Shown here in pieces: positions 14,346 to 16,851 of a stretch of 16,851 nt of DNA; within the stretch, counting starts at the first letter, position 1; each line of letters starts with the position of its first letter. This DNA comes from Candidatus Micrarchaeota archaeon (GTDB taxonomy: Archaea > Micrarchaeota > Micrarchaeia > Norongarragalinales > UBA8480). A model generated the notes under the pieces. It did not search any database. It was not told the DNA's origin and saw only the letters and a program-made list of their open reading frames with translations. Location: the NCBI GenBank assembly GCA_043805855.1, contig JAZDHP010000002.1:1-16851 (forward strand), read 5' to 3'. A program made the position numbers and the translations under genes.

Positions 14346-16851
14346 ATGTCTTTAGCGAAATTAACTATTTACAATACAAAGCAGCTTGAAGATGCTGTGC
14401 GTGTCTATTGGGAAGAGGAGAAAATTCCCGAAAAGACGCAAACATATAATAAAAAGGCAAAGCGGTTTTTCTTACTTGACGGCCCGCCATACACTAACGC
14501 GTTGCCTCATATAGGCCACGTGAAGACAACTGCGTGTAAAGATATCTGGACAAAGTACAAGCAAATGCAAGGCTTTACTGGTTACCTTCAGCCTGGTTTT
14601 GACTGTCATGGTTTACCAACTGAGGTAATGGTTGAAAAAGAGTTGAAAGTAGTTTCCAAATCTGACATTGAAAACAAAATTGGCATTGCGCAGTTCGATG
14701 CAAAGTGCTTAGAAAAAGCTGTAAACACTGAAAAAAATTGGGTTGACTATTATAAACTGCTAGGCGCGTGGCGCGCTTACTTTACGCCATATTTCACTTA
14801 TAAGGATTATTATATTGAAAGCGCATGGTGGACTGCAAAGCAGTTGCATAGTAAGGGGTTGTTTATAGAGGGAGACCGGGCGATTCACTGGTGCCCGCGC
14901 TGCGAAACAAGCCTTTCTGGTTATGAAGTTAGTGATTCTTACAAGGATTTACAAGCGCCGTCAATGTACTTAAAGTTCAAAGTCAAGAATTTCGACGAAT
15001 TTTTATTAGTGTGGACAACTACGCCGTGGACGTTGCCTTCAAACGTTGCAATTGCAGTTCATCCGCAGGAAACGTACGTGCGCGCTTCGTGCAATGGAGA
15101 AAAATTTATACTTGCCAAGAAGAGGGTTGAAGGTGTTGAAAAGGAAACTGGAAAGAAGTTTAAAATAATTTCGGAATTGTCCGGAAGCGAACTAGATGGT
15201 CTTCAGTACGAACCTTTGATGGATTTTGACTCGCAGAAGTTCATTGGCGGGCACAAGGTTATACTTTCAATTGTAATTATGGCGAACAAGAAGTACAAAA
15301 AGCACATCATGGGCAGCGGACAAGCAACTGCAAATCTAGAGGAATACGCTGAATTTGTGACAATGGAAGCTGGCTCTGGACTCGTCCATACTTCGCCTGC
15401 CAATGGGCAGACTGACAATTTCGTTGGAAAATACTATAACTTGCCAATTGTTTCAACTGTTGATGAAAAAGGACGCTTTATTGTAAGTGTTGGCGAATTC
15501 GTAGGGATGACAACTTCAAAAGCTGACCCGTTGATAATTGAACACCTTGAACAGCGTGGCAAGATTTTCAACGTTGAATACTTTACTCACCGTGCGTCAG
15601 TGTGCTGGCGTTGTAAAACTCCGTTGATTTTCCGCTTGAGTAAACAGTGGTATTTGAAGGTTGATCCGTTGAAGGAAAAAATCTTAGCTGAGAATGAAAA
15701 TATTAACTGGATGCCTGATTTTGGTAAAACGAAATTCCAAAACTGGATTGCCGACCGCGAAGACTGGTGCCTGTCGCAGCAGCGGTATTGGGGCATTCCA
15801 ATGCCAATTTGGACTTGTGAGAAGTGCAATAGCCATGAAATAATTGGCAGCCGCGCTGAACTTGCAGAGAAAAGCGTTGCTAAACTTGACGTAAAGAAGT
15901 TAACTGACCTTCACCGTCATGCAGTTGATGGAATTGTATTGAAATGCAGCGCGTGCGGCGGAAATGCTAAACGTATTCGGGATATTTTCACAGTGTGGTT
16001 TGACAGTGGCATTGCTCCGTGGGCTTCGCTAGGTTACCCGTTCAAGAACAAAGAGTTATTTGAGTCAATGTTTCCAGTTGATTTGATAAACGAATCGCAG
16101 GATCAAGTTCGCGGTTGGTTTGACTCGCTTATGCTGTGTTCAGTTGGAGTTTTTGGCCACGCTCCGTACAAAGCAGTTGGCATGATGGGCTGGGTTGTAG
16201 ACGAAAAGGGAGACAAGATGAGCAAGAGCGTTGGCAACGTTGTGCCCGCAGCTGAAGGTATTTCTAAACTCGGCGCAGACGTCGTGAGGTTATATTTTTG
16301 TAGTGAAGTTGCGCCGTGGGAAGTGCAAAAGTTTTCATTTGAACAAGCGAAGAAGCCAAAACAAGCGCTTTCAATTTTATGGAACTGTTTTACTTTCTTG
16401 GAAACTTACAAAGATGCAAATTGTAAGTTAAAAGTGCTCGCGCCAAACAACGTGAAGAAATTTGCACTTGAAGACAAGTGGATTTTGTCCCGCTTAGATT
16501 CCACGGTCGCGCAGTTTGCTAAATATATGGACTTGTTTGAATTTCACAACGCAGGTAGAGTTGCAATGGAGTTCATTGTTGATGACCTCTCTCGCGCTTA
16601 TGTTAAGCTAATTCGCGATCGCATGAACGCTGCGAATGCAGACAAAACTTCGCGCTTGCAAAGTGAACAAACGCTAGGTTACTGCGTTTACACAATTTCA
16701 AAACTCCTCGCGCCCATAACGCCATTTATCTCTGACTACATTTTCTTACAATTGCAACCGTTATTCGATGAGAAACTCGCAAGCGTTCATCTTGCAATAC
16801 TGCCAACTCCTTCTGGATTCGCTGACGTTGAACTAGAAAAGCAAATGAAAG
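14346..16851 (+). CDS. ileS: Isoleucine--tRNA ligase (archaeal type), 3'-truncated by window edge
   Basis: Absent from the ORF track because it has no stop in the window. From ATG 14346: LDGPPYTNALPHIGH, PGFDCHGLPTE, CPRCETSLS, VWTTTPWTLPSN, DWCLSQQRYWG, VWFDSG, DQVRGWF, and KMSKS at 16215 in the same frame. Confidence 0.96.
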   Translation, partial: MSLAKLTIYNTKQLEDAVRVYWEEEKIPEKTQTYNKKAKRFFLLDGPPYTNALPHIGHVKTTACKDIWTKYKQMQGFTGYLQPGFDCHGLPTEVMVEKELKVVSKSDIENKIGIAQFDAKCLEKAVNTEKNWVDYYKLLGAWRAYFTPYFTYKDYYIESAWWTAKQLHSKGLFIEGDRAIHWCPRCETSLSGYEVSDSYKDLQAPSMYLKFKVKNFDEFLLVWTTTPWTLPSNVAIAVHPQETYVRASCNGEKFILAKKRVEGVEKETGKKFKIISELSGSELDGLQYEPLMDFDSQKFIGGHKVILSIVIMANKKYKKHIMGSGQATANLEEYAEFVTMEAGSGLVHTSPANGQTDNFVGKYYNLPIVSTVDEKGRFIVSVGEFVGMTTSKADPLIIEHLEQRGKIFNVEYFTHRASVCWRCKTPLIFRLSKQWYLKVDPLKEKILAENENINWMPDFGKTKFQNWIADREDWCLSQQRYWGIPMPIWTCEKCNSHEIIGSRAELAEKSVAKLDVKKLTDLHRHAVDGIVLKCSACGGNAKRIRDIFTVWFDSGIAPWASLGYPFKNKELFESMFPVDLINESQDQVRGWFDSLMLCSVGVFGHAPYKAVGMMGWVVDEKGDKMSKSVGNVVPAAEGISKLGADVVRLYFCSEVAPWEVQKFSFEQAKKPKQALSILWNCFTFLETYKDANCKLKVLAPNNVKKFALEDKWILSRLDSTVAQFAKYMDLFEFHNAGRVAMEFIVDDLSRAYVKLIRDRMNAANADKTSRLQSEQTLGYCVYTISKLLAPITPFISDYIFLQLQPLFDEKLASVHLAILPTPSGFADVELEKQMK

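Noticed and set aside
13757..15829. Minus-strand ORFs 13757-14020, 13806-14024, 15203-15418 and 15587-15829
   Set aside because: Antisense to the surface-protein gene and ileS.
14346..16851. ileS as pseudogene because it is missing from the ORF track
   Set aside because: The start, HIGH and KMSKS motifs are in one frame. It is absent from the track only because the stop lies beyond the window.

Overview
Archaeal chromosomal segment, probably DPANN-type such as Micrarchaeota (inferred from gene content and GGTG-type RBSs). Minus strand: mcm, DUF3800 gene, stand-alone B3/4 editing-domain gene, presenilin/SPP-type GxGD protease, aIF-2beta, aIF-1A, rio1, KH-domain dim2/pno1, top6B, top6A and a truncated ribbon-helix-helix gene. 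An orphan plus-strand ORF interrupts the rio1-dim2 block. Plus strand, divergent from mcm: a membrane-anchored surface protein and a partial IleRS. Highlights: (1) an AT-rich DUF3800 gene followed directly by a GC-rich ~63-nt structured-RNA candidate; (2) a 562-aa LAGLIDADG intein with an extra winged-helix domain, inserted just before the Toprim DxD of Top6A; (3) an intergenic region upstream of mcm with a ~54-bp hairpin tandem repeat and two copies of a ~55-bp covarying double-hairpin element, one of them a clean insertion into a repeat unit. All calls come from manual reading; no searches were run.
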